Below are positions 9,083-18,750 of a stretch of 32,000 nucleotides of DNA, in pieces (position 1 is the first letter of the stretch; each line of letters starts with the position of its first letter). The position numbers and the translations under genes are program-made. The DNA lies in contig NZ_OW441264.1 of assembly GCF_936981045.1 (NCBI RefSeq), positions 330,001 to 362,000 on the forward strand. Reading direction: 5' to 3'. Origin of the DNA: Candidatus Saccharimonadota bacterium (GTDB lineage: Bacteria > Bacteroidota > Bacteroidia > Cytophagales > Amoebophilaceae). The notes beneath the pieces were generated by a model. The model did no database searches and was not told the origin of the DNA. It saw nothing but the letters and a program-made list of their open reading frames with translations.

Positions 9083-9954
9083 CCAATAAACCCTTAAGTT
9101 GACGCCATTTCTTGTGCACCTCCTGAAATTTTATCTAAAGACCTTTCTGACTATAATGATTTTATTTGACCAACAAGGTCGTATGTTTATAGAGGAAAAA
9201 AAGACCTGGAAAAAGGCCGCCACAAGGTTGGTTATTTAGATACCGTTAAATACGTTGAGCCCCTAGGTCTTTCATCTTAAAAACTGAATAGTTCGGTAGG
9301 CCTTAAAGCCTGTATATGCGACGCTAGTTTAAAAGATGAATTAATATAGTATATATATAATAAGTTATGAAATACATAGGCATTGACCTAGGAAAAAGCA
9401 GCTTTGTAGCAGCTTTTCCCCAAGAGAAAGGATACCGTACCATCACCTATAAGAATGATCCCAAAGGAATTGAAACCTTTTTAGCTCAACTTGATAAAAC
9501 AACGTATCACTGTGTCTTAGAAGCCACAGGCAACTATGGCGCTTTATTACTGCAGATACTTACAGAGCATGAAATAGTTGTGTCGATGGTCAATCCCAAG
9601 CAAACCAAACATTTTGCTCGGATGATGCTAGTTATAACTAAAACCGATAAGGTAGATGCCCAACTTCCCTTTATGGAGAAAAGATGCAGCCTGCCCCTTA
9701 CAGAATGCCTCCCCAAAATATACAAGGGTTAAATCAACAAAAAACGCTTCTTGTTTAGCTAAAAAAACAACTTACTATGTTCTATAATCTCCTAGAGTCT
9801 TTTAATGTGTTGCCTCAAGCAGATGACTTCGCCTTAAGAACACTCAAGGAAACTATAGCCTGCCTGGAAGAACAAATAGAGCTTCTGGAGCAATAAATGC
9901 TTTCTATCACCCAGGAGAGCTATAATGAGCTCTATAAGCGCATTAGTTCTATTA

Positions 9955-10956
9955 ACCTCAGTTCGGGATTAGACGTATTGTGAACCAGTCATATATATAT
10001 TAGTTATAGAAGGTTTTTTCTCTTTTAGTGCATAAGCTGTAATTCCAGCTATCAAATTGACTAGAAAATTAGGTATGCTTCTATGCCTGGAATGTTCTAT
10101 CTGGCTAATATTTTTGAGCTGATCTATAATAGTTTCAATTATAGATCGTTTTCTAAGCATCAGTTTATCCCAGAGTGGCATAAAAGCATTTTTCATATTT
10201 TTTCTGATCTGGGTAATGAGTTCCACGCCTTTCTCGATCAGTTTTTCAAATAAATCTTTGCTTATGTAACCTTTATCGGCAAACATTTTACCCATGAAGT
10301 GTTTACATAAATTTTCTACAGGAAGCCTATCATTAGTTTTACCTGTGGTCAGTTGAAAATTCATAATTTCTCCTAAATCATTGACTATCAAGTGCAACTT
10401 TAATCCAAAAAACCAACCGATGCTGGTTTTACCTTTAGTAGCAATCGATTTAAAAACCCTGTGCGTATAGGCTCTTTTGATATGGCAAACCTTGATGGCT
10501 GTTGCATCCATAAAATAACAACCTGTTTTTGTTTTAGAAAGACTTTGTGTAAAACAGTACAAGGGAACTAACGTTCTTTGGATCAGTTCTATAAATCTAT
10601 TGTATCTTACTAACTTTCCAAATTTACTAGAATGAAATTGCTGTAAATGAATATAATAAGACTTAAAATTTCTAAAACCAATCACATGAAAGGCAATAAG
10701 AACAGTCATTATTTCACTCAAAGTTAATGAACAAGTTCTAGTGGGTTTTCTTTTAGAGTTGGTTAACAGTTGTTTTTCCATATACGGCATAAACTTTATG
10801 AGAAATTCATCAACAGCATAATATATTTCAACTAATTTTTCTACATTCATAACTGGCTCCTTTGGATAATCTGGTTAGTATTTTTTTATCTCCAAATTTA
10901 AAACACAAAGGAGCTTTTTAAAGCTATTTTTTAACAAGCTAATCCCGAACTTAGGT
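9955..10956 (-). mobile_element. IS982-family element, copy 1 (1002 bp, intact transposase)
   Basis: Ends are ACCTCAGTTCGGGATTAGAC... and ...GCTAATCCCGAACTTAGGT. A 5-bp duplication TATTA sits at 9950-9954 and 10957-10961. Excision restores the IS110 frame (ISSIKGIG). Confidence 0.88.
9969..10850 (-). CDS. IS982-family DDE transposase
   Basis: A 293-aa ORF. Its size, single-ORF 1-kb architecture and motifs ([31 protein letters not shown]) fit IS982-type DDE_Tnp_1_3 transposases. Confidence 0.8.
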   Translation of the reverse strand: MNVEKLVEIYYAVDEFLIKFMPYMEKQLLTNSKRKPTRTCSLTLSEIMTVLIAFHVIGFRNFKSYYIHLQQFHSSKFGKLVRYNRFIELIQRTLVPLYCFTQSLSKTKTGCYFMDATAIKVCHIKRAYTHRVFKSIATKGKTSIGWFFGLKLHLIVNDLGEIMNFQLTTGKTNDRLPVENLCKHFMGKMFADKGYISKDLFEKLIEKGVELITQIRKNMKNAFMPLWDKLMLRKRSIIETIIDQLKNISQIEHSRHRSIPNFLVNLIAGITAYALKEKKPSITNIYMTGSQYV

Positions 10957-11464
10957 TATTAAGGGCATTGGAGATAGAACCGCTCTGGAGCTTATTGTTT
11001 CCACTGGAGGGGGGCAACATTTTCAAAGGGCCAAACAGTTCTCTAAGTTCATTGGCTTAGCTCCTAGTTATGAGCATTCAGGCTCTTCCATAAGGAAGAA
11101 GGGGCATATCAACCGTCATGGGAACTCCCAGCTGCGTTCTTTGCTCTATATGGCTTCTTGGTCTGCTATACGGTTTAATAAGGCGTGTAAAACATTTTAT
11201 GAGAGATTAAAAGCCAGAAGAAAACCTGGGAAAGTGGCGCTTATTGCTGTCGCTAATAAACTGATTAGACAAGTGTTTGCTATTCTTAAGGACCATACTT
11301 GCTATATTGATGGGTACCTTTCTAAGCTGAAAGTAACTTCTTAGCAGTTAAGAGAAGACTTTTAGGAGCATCTTAAAGCGCTCTTGTTTGAGATTAATGA
11401 ACCAAATAATTATAAAAATTTCTACGATCAGATTTGTTTTTTAACATAGTTCGTATATAGTTAC

Positions 11465-12007
11465 TTGTTGGATAAATATTGGGTCAACGCTGGTACAACA
11501 AAGCAGGTGCATGTACCTAAACCGAATCAAGTTTGGAGTGGGGATATTACTTATATTCGCACCAGTATTGGGTTTATCTACCTCTCAGCTATTATAGATT
11601 GGCACAGTAAAGCCATATTGAGTTATAAGGTATCCAATACTATGGATACAACGCTTGTAATAGATACCTTGCAAGAGGCACTGAGTAAATATCCTCCACC
11701 AGAATGCTTTAATAGTGATCAAGGCAGTCAATATACTAGTCATAAGCATACAGACTTATTAAAAAGGCATAATATTCAAATTTCTATGAATGGCAGAGGT
11801 AGAAGCATTGATAATATTGTAATGGAAAGATTTTTTACAACCCTAAAATATAATTCCATATTTATCAATGATTTTAAAAATATTAAAGTGTTAAAAGAGG
11901 GAATTAACAGGTACATTACTAAATACAATTACCAAAGGTTTCATTCTAGTATTAACTATCAAAAACCTATGAACGTCCATCTTAACCATGTAAAATTGGT
12001 AGACTAG
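11465..12007 (+). pseudogene. IS3-family orfB fragment (integrase catalytic core, N-terminal part missing)
   Basis: VWSGDITYIRT...YLSAIIDWHSKAILSYKV...FNSDQGSQYTS...IDNIVMERFFTTLKYN matches rve (DDE) core motifs. There is no proper start, and it lies just inside the right IS3 terminal repeat. Confidence 0.8.
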
Positions 12008-12247
12008 CAAATGGGAAAAAATAGAAAATAAAATTAAGAAAAAAATGTCCGAATAAATCAGTCCAGTATACCCTTAGAAGCATAGCAAAAATTATACCAC
12101 CGACCTATCACAATGGCCTCTTTTTATCAAGCAAAAAGCAGCATATACATTCCTTTTTTACCATTAACTTGTATAGATACGCTTATTCAGGAAGAAAACA
12201 GCATATACATGGCTTAAGCCCCACCATTGGCTAAATAGATGTAAAAA

Positions 12248-13735
12248 CTATTGGTATTCCCAACAGACGCCATTCGGGTGGTCCTTTATAGCAATGCCTA
12301 TTTTATGGAGTGAGGTGCGTATAAAATCAATTTGATCGTAGCGCTGCGCTTCTTTAGCTTCTTGGTAAATGGTGCGCAATATTTCTAACGTTTGGTCAGT
12401 AGTGGATGGATGTTCCTCTTTTAAACCTAGTAGGTCGATCATAAAGGTCGTATAGGTACTACGTAATTGGTTGAATGCAGCTTTTGAAATCGAGCCATCA
12501 TTCAGTGTGCCATTGTGCCATCCATTTATTTTTTTGAGTAAATTAAATAAATGCGCCAAAACCTTTGCCGTATTAAAGTCGTCATTGATAGCGCTATAGC
12601 AAGCTGCGCAATCTGCATAAATGGCTGCATCTAACGGCCCACTTGTTGTAGAGGGCTCTATTGCCTTGTGGTGGAGCCTTTCCAGGAGATGCAGGCCATT
12701 CATTAATTTACGATAGCCCTGATGGGCTGCTTTTAAGCCCTCTATGGTAATAGAAAGTGTGCTTCTGTAATGGGCCTGTAGCATAAAAAATCGAAATGCC
12801 ATAGGACTGTAGGGCTCGTCTATGGCCAGATGGTTTCCTGTAAAAAGCTCATCTAGTGTAATAAAATTACCCAATGATTTTCCCATTTTTACACCATCAA
12901 TGGTAACCAAGTTATTGTGGATCCAATAGGTAGCTAAATCTGTTTTTAAGGCAGCTTGTGCTTGTGCGATTTCACATTCATGGTGTGGAAAAAGCAAATC
13001 CATTCCTCCCCCATGAATGTCAAACTGGTTGCCTAAATACTTTACAGACATTGCAGTGCATTCAATGTGCCATCCAGGAAAACCCTCTCCCCAAGGAGAA
13101 GGCCAACGCATAATATGCATAGGGGTTGCTTTTTTCCATAAAGCAAAATCTACCCGTTGTTTTTTATCTGTTTGTTTGGCCAATGCACGCGTTCCTGAGC
13201 GGGTGGTTGCTATACTCCTTCCCGAAAGTTTACCATAATGATGCATTTGATTGTATTTGGCTACATTAAAATAGACAGATCCATCTATTATGTAGGCTAA
13301 GCCATGTTGAATGATTTGTTCAATCATGGCAATTTGTTCCAAAATATGTCCGCTTGCGCAGGGCTCAATGCTAGGGGGTAATACATTAAGCTGTTCCATG
13401 TTTTTATGATAGGCATGGGTGTAGCGTTGCGCTACCTCCATAGGACTGATCTCCTCCAGCTTGGCTTGTTGTTGTATTTTGTCTTTTCCTTCATCTAAAT
13501 CTCTTTCCAAATGGCCTACATCCGTAATGTTGCGTACATAACGAACTTTGTAGTTCAAATGTTGTAGATAACGAAAGATGATATCAAAGGTAATAGCCGC
13601 ACGTGCATGACCTAGATGTGCCTTTCCATAAACCGTTGGGCCACACAGATACATGCCTACAAAAGGCGGCTTGAGTGGCTGAAACATTTCTTTTTGCCTG
13701 GTTAAGCTGTTGTAGATCCGTAATATTTGATGCAT
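12248..13735 (-). CDS. cysS: Cysteine--tRNA ligase
   Basis: 495 aa with class I motifs HLGHARA (HIGH) and KMGKSLGN (KMSKS). Zinc-site context is PGWHIECTAM. Stop codon is TAG. Confidence 0.95.
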   Translation of the reverse strand: MHQILRIYNSLTRQKEMFQPLKPPFVGMYLCGPTVYGKAHLGHARAAITFDIIFRYLQHLNYKVRYVRNITDVGHLERDLDEGKDKIQQQAKLEEISPMEVAQRYTHAYHKNMEQLNVLPPSIEPCASGHILEQIAMIEQIIQHGLAYIIDGSVYFNVAKYNQMHHYGKLSGRSIATTRSGTRALAKQTDKKQRVDFALWKKATPMHIMRWPSPWGEGFPGWHIECTAMSVKYLGNQFDIHGGGMDLLFPHHECEIAQAQAALKTDLATYWIHNNLVTIDGVKMGKSLGNFITLDELFTGNHLAIDEPYSPMAFRFFMLQAHYRSTLSITIEGLKAAHQGYRKLMNGLHLLERLHHKAIEPSTTSGPLDAAIYADCAACYSAINDDFNTAKVLAHLFNLLKKINGWHNGTLNDGSISKAAFNQLRSTYTTFMIDLLGLKEEHPSTTDQTLEILRTIYQEAKEAQRYDQIDFIRTSLHKIGIAIKDHPNGVCWEYQ

Positions 13736-13875
13736 CTTTGTATAGGTGAAAAATATTTTAGATTTTTGTTAGCGCGCTGTGTGCTTATTTGCATAGTGGG
13801 CGGATAGTACTAGTATAAGGTCCCTTTAGGGCTCAAGGAAAAAGATGATGGTAAAAATACAAAAATAAAATTCCT

Positions 13876-15432
13876 ATGTACGACCAATTTAGTAAACAGG
13901 TTGCAGGTAAAAAGGTGGTTAGTGCTGTTGTTGTGGTTGCATTGGGCGTATCTCTATCGTTGGCCAGCCCTTATGCAAGGAGTAAAAACGAAGGCTTAGT
14001 TCCTGTTACCTCTGTGCAGCAGGTTGCTGCTGTGGAGCCCCGTCAACCATTGGGAAAAAGCCCATTGGGATCAGAAGGTAAAGCTTTGTTGACAACCCTA
14101 CCTGATTTTACCTATGCAGCTAGAGTGGCTACACCAGCCGTGGTGCATATAAAAGCATCTCAGCATCCTAAATTACTTAGACGAGAATCTCTTAGTCCTA
14201 GTCCTTTAGAGCAGTTTTTTAGAGAATTTTTTGGAGACGGATTATTGGTGCCTAAAGAATATGAACGACCTGCCCAAGAGTCTTCTGGGTCTGGGGTGAT
14301 TTATACTAGTAATGGATATATTATTACCAATAACCATGTGGTTGAGGGAGCTGATCAAATAGAAGTAAAATTAAATGATAATCGGCTTTATAAAGCAAAA
14401 TTAGTTGGTTCAGACCCTCTTACTGATTTAGCACTTTTAAAAATTGAAGCATCTGGTCTGCCTGCTTTAGTGCTGGGTAGTTCGGATAAATTAGAAGTAG
14501 GGGAGTGGGTTTTGGCTGTTGGTAATCCCTTTAACTTGTATTCTACGGTTACCAAAGGGATTGTAAGTGCTAAATCTAGATCTTTAGAGACCCTTGGTAG
14601 CGGAAAATTAGGTATTCAATCTTTTATTCAAACTGATGCAGCGATTAACCATGGTAATAGTGGTGGCGCGTTGGTTAATATATATGGGGAATTGGTAGGC
14701 ATTAATACAGCTATTTGTTCTTCAAGATCAGTTTCCTTTATAGGATATGGCTTTGCTATACCTTCTTCCTTGGTAAAAAAAGTGGCTGATGATTTCATCC
14801 AGTATGGTGTTGTACAACGGGTATTATTGGGTGTAACCATTCGGGATGTCGATGCTGAATTGGCTAAAAAATTAGGCTTAAAGATAATTAGTGGTGTCTA
14901 TGTTGATGCAGTTAAAGACAATAGTCCTTGTGCAAAGTTATTGCAAAAAGAAGATGTGATTACCCAAATCAATAGCCGTCTAATTCATAAAAGTTCAGAG
15001 TTGCAAGAAGTAATAGGTTGTGCTAAGCCGGGTGATAAGGTAACCATTACCCTATATCGTAGGGGACAAGAGAAGTGTATTAACGTGCTGTTGGAAAAAC
15101 AACCTGATGCGATACAAACTGTGCGAAAAGAGGGTACACTGCAGGTGGAAGGTGCTATTTTTCAAAATGTGGATGAAAAAATAAAAGCGAAACTGAAACT
15201 TTCTGGTGGGGTGCTAGTGCAGGAGGTTGCCAAAGGAAAATTTCAAGCTGCTGGCCTTAAAAAAGACTATATTTTACTTGCTTTTGATAAGCAACCTGTT
15301 AAGAATATAGCGGACTTAGATGAAATGATTCGACGTACTACCGAGCCTGTTCTGATACAGGTTCTGGAACCTAATCAAGGGGGGATCTATTATTTGGCAG
15401 TCGAGTTGGGCACCCCTCATGGGGAGCGATAA
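13876..15432 (+). CDS. htrA: HtrA/DegP/DegQ-family periplasmic serine endoprotease with two PDZ domains
   Basis: N-terminal signal/anchor followed by trypsin-like catalytic motifs ITNNHVV, DLALLKI and TDAAINHGNSGGAL. Two PDZ-like regions follow. Confidence 0.9.
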   Translation: MYDQFSKQVAGKKVVSAVVVVALGVSLSLASPYARSKNEGLVPVTSVQQVAAVEPRQPLGKSPLGSEGKALLTTLPDFTYAARVATPAVVHIKASQHPKLLRRESLSPSPLEQFFREFFGDGLLVPKEYERPAQESSGSGVIYTSNGYIITNNHVVEGADQIEVKLNDNRLYKAKLVGSDPLTDLALLKIEASGLPALVLGSSDKLEVGEWVLAVGNPFNLYSTVTKGIVSAKSRSLETLGSGKLGIQSFIQTDAAINHGNSGGALVNIYGELVGINTAICSSRSVSFIGYGFAIPSSLVKKVADDFIQYGVVQRVLLGVTIRDVDAELAKKLGLKIISGVYVDAVKDNSPCAKLLQKEDVITQINSRLIHKSSELQEVIGCAKPGDKVTITLYRRGQEKCINVLLEKQPDAIQTVRKEGTLQVEGAIFQNVDEKIKAKLKLSGGVLVQEVAKGKFQAAGLKKDYILLAFDKQPVKNIADLDEMIRRTTEPVLIQVLEPNQGGIYYLAVELGTPHGER

Positions 15433-15477
15433 CGCTTAGTATATCCTTTTTTATGGCTGGTATATACTATTTTTAGT

Positions 15478-16068
15478 ATGATGATCAGAAAAAATTGCTC
15501 TTTTAAGCTTACTTATAGAGGCAATGGCCTTGTAGGGCTATTGTACTTTTTTATAATGGGGTGTTGCACGCCAATATATGCAGATTTTCAGGAAGGAGTG
15601 CCTCTATTGGAAACGACTCGATTTGAGCTATTGGCTACAGATGGTGGTAGGTTATATGCAACCATTAAGGCAGGTGAGATGTGTCAATATGAAAATGGAA
15701 ATGTAGCATTAGCAGGTGGTATAGAAATCGTTTTATGGGCCAATACAGTGGATCAAGAGGAGGGTCCTACACACATTCAAGCCGATACCCTCTCTTATAG
15801 CAAGGAAAAAGACCTTTGTATGATAGCAGGCAATGTGCTGGTTAGTAAACCACAGCAATCATTAAGCATGCATACGGAGCAGTTGTGGTACGATACAAAG
15901 CAAGAAATAATATTTACAGAATGGCCCATCGTAATAACAGACAAAGGGCATGTGTTAAGAGGGAGTGGGTTGCGTGCTACAAAGGATTTAACCAAATATA
16001 CAGTTACTGGTACTAGTGGAACAGTAGAAATAAAGCAAGAAACAGTTTTAGGGGCTAATCCATTATAA
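15478..16068 (+). CDS. LptC-like periplasmic protein (LPS export), membrane-anchored
   Basis: 196 aa with an N-terminal hydrophobic anchor. It has the OstA/LptC-like beta-jellyroll pattern (ADTLSYSKEKDLCMIAGNVLV...EQLWYDTKQEIIFTEWPIVITDKGHVLRGSGLRATKDLTKYTV). Assignment is by pattern recall only. Confidence 0.5.
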   Translation: MMIRKNCSFKLTYRGNGLVGLLYFFIMGCCTPIYADFQEGVPLLETTRFELLATDGGRLYATIKAGEMCQYENGNVALAGGIEIVLWANTVDQEEGPTHIQADTLSYSKEKDLCMIAGNVLVSKPQQSLSMHTEQLWYDTKQEIIFTEWPIVITDKGHVLRGSGLRATKDLTKYTVTGTSGTVEIKQETVLGANPL

Positions 16069-16074
16069 TATTTT

Positions 16075-17214
16075 ATGCGTGTTTTGATAGGTTGTGGGGG
16101 TACCGGGGGGCATATTTATCCTGCTATAGCTACTGCTGATGGCATTAAAAGCAAGTTTCGAGATGCAGTGTTCTTGTTTGTGGGTGCAAAAGGGGGTAGG
16201 GAAGTGGGATTGGTAGTTGCTGCCGGTTATTCAATTAAGCCAATCAGTATACGGGGGTTTCAAAGAAAAAAGGTCCTTAAAAATGTATGCTTTCCCTTTC
16301 TTCTTTTCAAAAGTCTCTATCAAGCAAGGTCTATTATTCAATCATTTAAGCCTGATGTCGTTATTGGAACGGGCGGATATGCCTCTTTTCCTACGCTATT
16401 TGTAGCTGCTATGCAAAAGATTCCTACGCTTATTCAAGAACAAAATAGCGTGGTTGGGTTAACCAACCAATTCCTTGTTAGATTGGTAAGTAAGATTTGT
16501 ACAGGCTATCCAGATGTGGTTTTGCCTTGTGTCAAGGAAAAAGTAGTATTTACGGGTAATCCCATACGTTCTGCACTCTGTACTTTCCAAGAAGACCAAA
16601 TGGATGCGCTTGAGTATTTTGGTTTTTCTGGCTTTCAGGAAAGAAAATGCCTACTTGTGATTGGTGGCAGCGGAGGTGCAAGTGTATTGAATACAACGAT
16701 CCTAGAATGGAGGGCACAATTGTGCGCCTTAGATATGCAAGTTATATGGATAACGGGCGAGCGGTATTTTGAGTCTATTAAAAAAGCCATGAAGGACTAT
16801 CGTTCTATAAAATGTTATCCATTTTTAAGTAATATGGAGATGGCGTATGCAGCGGCGGATATTGTTGTTTCTAGAGCTGGCGCCTTATCTATTGCAGAGC
16901 TTTGTGTAAGGAGAAAACTGACCATTTTGGTGCCATCATCCAATGTAGTAGGGGACCATCAAACGAAGAATAGTTTGCCATTGGCTGATCAGGGAGCGGT
17001 TATATGTATTACAGACCAGGAATGTCCCTTTTTACTCATCCCTAAGGTAATGGAATTATTGAATGATGAGGCGCAATCATTAGAACTCGTCCAACGCATG
17101 GAGCCTTTTGCTGCATTACATGCAGGTGCGCAGGATAAAATAGCCGATGTAGTGGTTGATTTGGTAAAATCGAACGCTGATTGCGGTCCATCTAAATCTC
17201 TTGATTTCAACTAA
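16075..17214 (+). CDS. murG: UDP-N-acetylglucosamine--N-acetylmuramyl-(pentapeptide) pyrophosphoryl-undecaprenol N-acetylglucosamine transferase
   Basis: 379 aa with the N-terminal GGTGGHIYPAIA G-loop, IGTGGYASFP, GGSGGA and a C-terminal SRAGALSIAEL motif. Confidence 0.92.
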   Translation: MRVLIGCGGTGGHIYPAIATADGIKSKFRDAVFLFVGAKGGREVGLVVAAGYSIKPISIRGFQRKKVLKNVCFPFLLFKSLYQARSIIQSFKPDVVIGTGGYASFPTLFVAAMQKIPTLIQEQNSVVGLTNQFLVRLVSKICTGYPDVVLPCVKEKVVFTGNPIRSALCTFQEDQMDALEYFGFSGFQERKCLLVIGGSGGASVLNTTILEWRAQLCALDMQVIWITGERYFESIKKAMKDYRSIKCYPFLSNMEMAYAAADIVVSRAGALSIAELCVRRKLTILVPSSNVVGDHQTKNSLPLADQGAVICITDQECPFLLIPKVMELLNDEAQSLELVQRMEPFAALHAGAQDKIADVVVDLVKSNADCGPSKSLDFN

Positions 17215-17363
17215 TGCATGCTGTTTTTATGTGATCTGTAAAATATACCTGCCCCCAAGCCTAAGCTCATATTCCGCACCAGGATCATAGATAAATTTTA
17301 ATTTAATCTTTTGTAAATTAATTGGATTGAATTTTTCTGTCATTAGTTTACTAATGTATTCGA

Positions 17364-18750
17364 ATGTTAAAAGAAGAACAAATTATAGGCAGCTTAGTCC
17401 TAGATCATTTAGGATTAATTTCCAGTGTAATAACCTGAGTTCGGGATTAGCTTGTTAAAAAATAGCTTTAAAAAGCTTCTTTGTGTTTTAAATTTGGAGA
17501 TAAAAAAATACTAACCAGATTATCCAAAGGAGCCAGTTATGAATGTAGAAAAGTTAGTTGAAATATATTATGCTGTTAATGAATTTCTCATAAAGTTTAT
17601 GCCGTATATGGAAAAACAACTGTTAACCAACTCTAAAAGAAAACCCACTAGAACTTGTTCATTAACTTTGAGTGAAATAATGACTGTTCTTATTGCCTTT
17701 CATGTGATTGGTTTTAGAAATTTTAAGTCTTATTATATTCATTTACAGCAATTTCATTCTAGTAAATTTGGAAAGTTAGTAAGCTAGAATAGATTTGTAG
17801 AACTGATCCAAAGAACGTTAGCTCCCTTGTACTGTTTTACACAAAGTCTTTCTAAAACAAAAACAGGTTGTTATTTTATGGATGCAACAGCCATCAAGGT
17901 TTGCCATATCAAAAGAGCCTATACGCACAGGGTTTTTAAATCGATTGCTACTAAAGGTAAAACCAGCACCGGTTGGTTTTTGGATTAAAGTTACACTTGA
18001 TAGTCAATGATTTAGGAGAAATTATGAATTTTCAACTGACCACAGGTAAAACTAATGATAGGCTTCCTGTAGAAAATTTGTGTAAACACTTGATGGGTAA
18101 AATGTTTGCCGATAAAGGTTACATAAGCAAAGATTTATTTAAAAAACTGATCGAGAAAGGCGTGGAACTCATTACCCAGATCAGAAAAAATATGAAAAAT
18201 GCTTTTATGCCACTCTGGGATAAACTGATGCTTAGAAAACGATCTATAATTGAAACTATTATAGATCAGCTCAAAAATATTAGCCAGATAGAACATTCCA
18301 GGCATAGAAGCATACTTAATTTTCTAGTCAATTTGATAGCTGGAATTACAGCTTATGCACTAAAAGAGAAAAAACCTTCTATAACTAATATATATATGAC
18401 TGGTTCACAATACGTCTAATCCCGAACTGAGGTTAATAGATAAAATTGGATTGATCCAAAAAATAGATGAATGCCTTCCAGTTTCACAAGAAAAAGGAGC
18501 TAAAGTAACGATGGGAGAGCGGGTCACTGCCATGATACTCAATGGGCTAAGATTTATGGACAATCGACTTTATATGTTTCCAGAATTCTTATCTAATAAA
18601 CCTGTAGATAAGTTATTTAGGACTGATATTACAGCAGAAATGTTTAATGATGACGCTTTAGGGCGTTATCTAGACGCCATTGCGGAATATAGTCCAACCA
18701 AACTTTTTTCCCAAATCGCATTCCAGATTGGTACACAATTTTATCTATTA
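17364..18750 (+). pseudogene. IS1634/IS4-like transposase, N-terminal DUF4277-type region only, split by IS982 copy 2 and truncated by copy 3
   Basis: MLKEEQIIGSLVLDHLGLISSVI is followed by IS982 copy 2. The frame then resumes as DKIGLIQKIDECLPVSQEKGAKVTMGERVTAMILNGLRFMDNRLYMFPEFLSNKP...NDDALGRYLDAI. The catalytic domain is absent. Confidence 0.65.
17433..18433 (+). mobile_element. IS982-family element, copy 2 (transposase dead: TAC->TAG nonsense plus a 1-nt deletion)
   Basis: A 5-bp duplication TAATA sits at 17428-17432 and 18434-18438. The ORF is broken into 17539..17787 (ends KLVS*, where intact copies read KLVSYNR) and 17973..18419 (a T-run one base shorter than in intact copies). Confidence 0.88.

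Larger units (their letters stand above)
9367..11344 (+). pseudogene. IS110-family transposase, frameshifted, with internal stops and split by IS982-family copy 1
   Basis: The N-terminal DEDD domain is MKYIGIDLGKSSF...VLEATGNYG...VNPKQTKHFA...KTDKVDAQL. A frame change and stops (TAG, TAA) fall in 9660-9900. The C-terminal domain resumes after the insertion as IKGIGDRTALELI...GLAPSYEHSGSS...HGNSQLRSLLYMASW. Confidence 0.8.
5532..12072 (+). mobile_element. IS3-family element remnant disrupted by nested insertions (2 MITEs plus IS5-, IS4-, IS110- and IS982-family elements)
   Basis: Imperfect terminal inverted repeats: 5533-5558 GTATACTGGCCTGAAAAATTCGGACA versus the reverse complement of 12046-12071 GTATACTGGACTGATTTATTCGGACA, 22/26 identical. 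The left end starts with TG. The orfA start at 5620 and the rve integrase-core fragment at 11465-12007 are in the same orientation. Confidence 0.6.

Noticed and set aside
9955-9975. The IS982/MITE terminal motif GAGTTCGGGATTAG loosely resembles a tRNA T-arm (GGTTCGAATCC), suggesting tRNA-derived ends.
   Set aside because: No complementary stem or cloverleaf context exists around any copy. The similarity is limited to a few bases.
12139-12210. A direct 12-nt repeat CAGCATATACAT at 12139 and 12199, plus the GGCTTAAGCC palindrome, downstream of cysS.
   Set aside because: There are only two short copies in AT-rich intergenic DNA, with no associated structure or ORF. This is within what chance or a decayed IS end could give.
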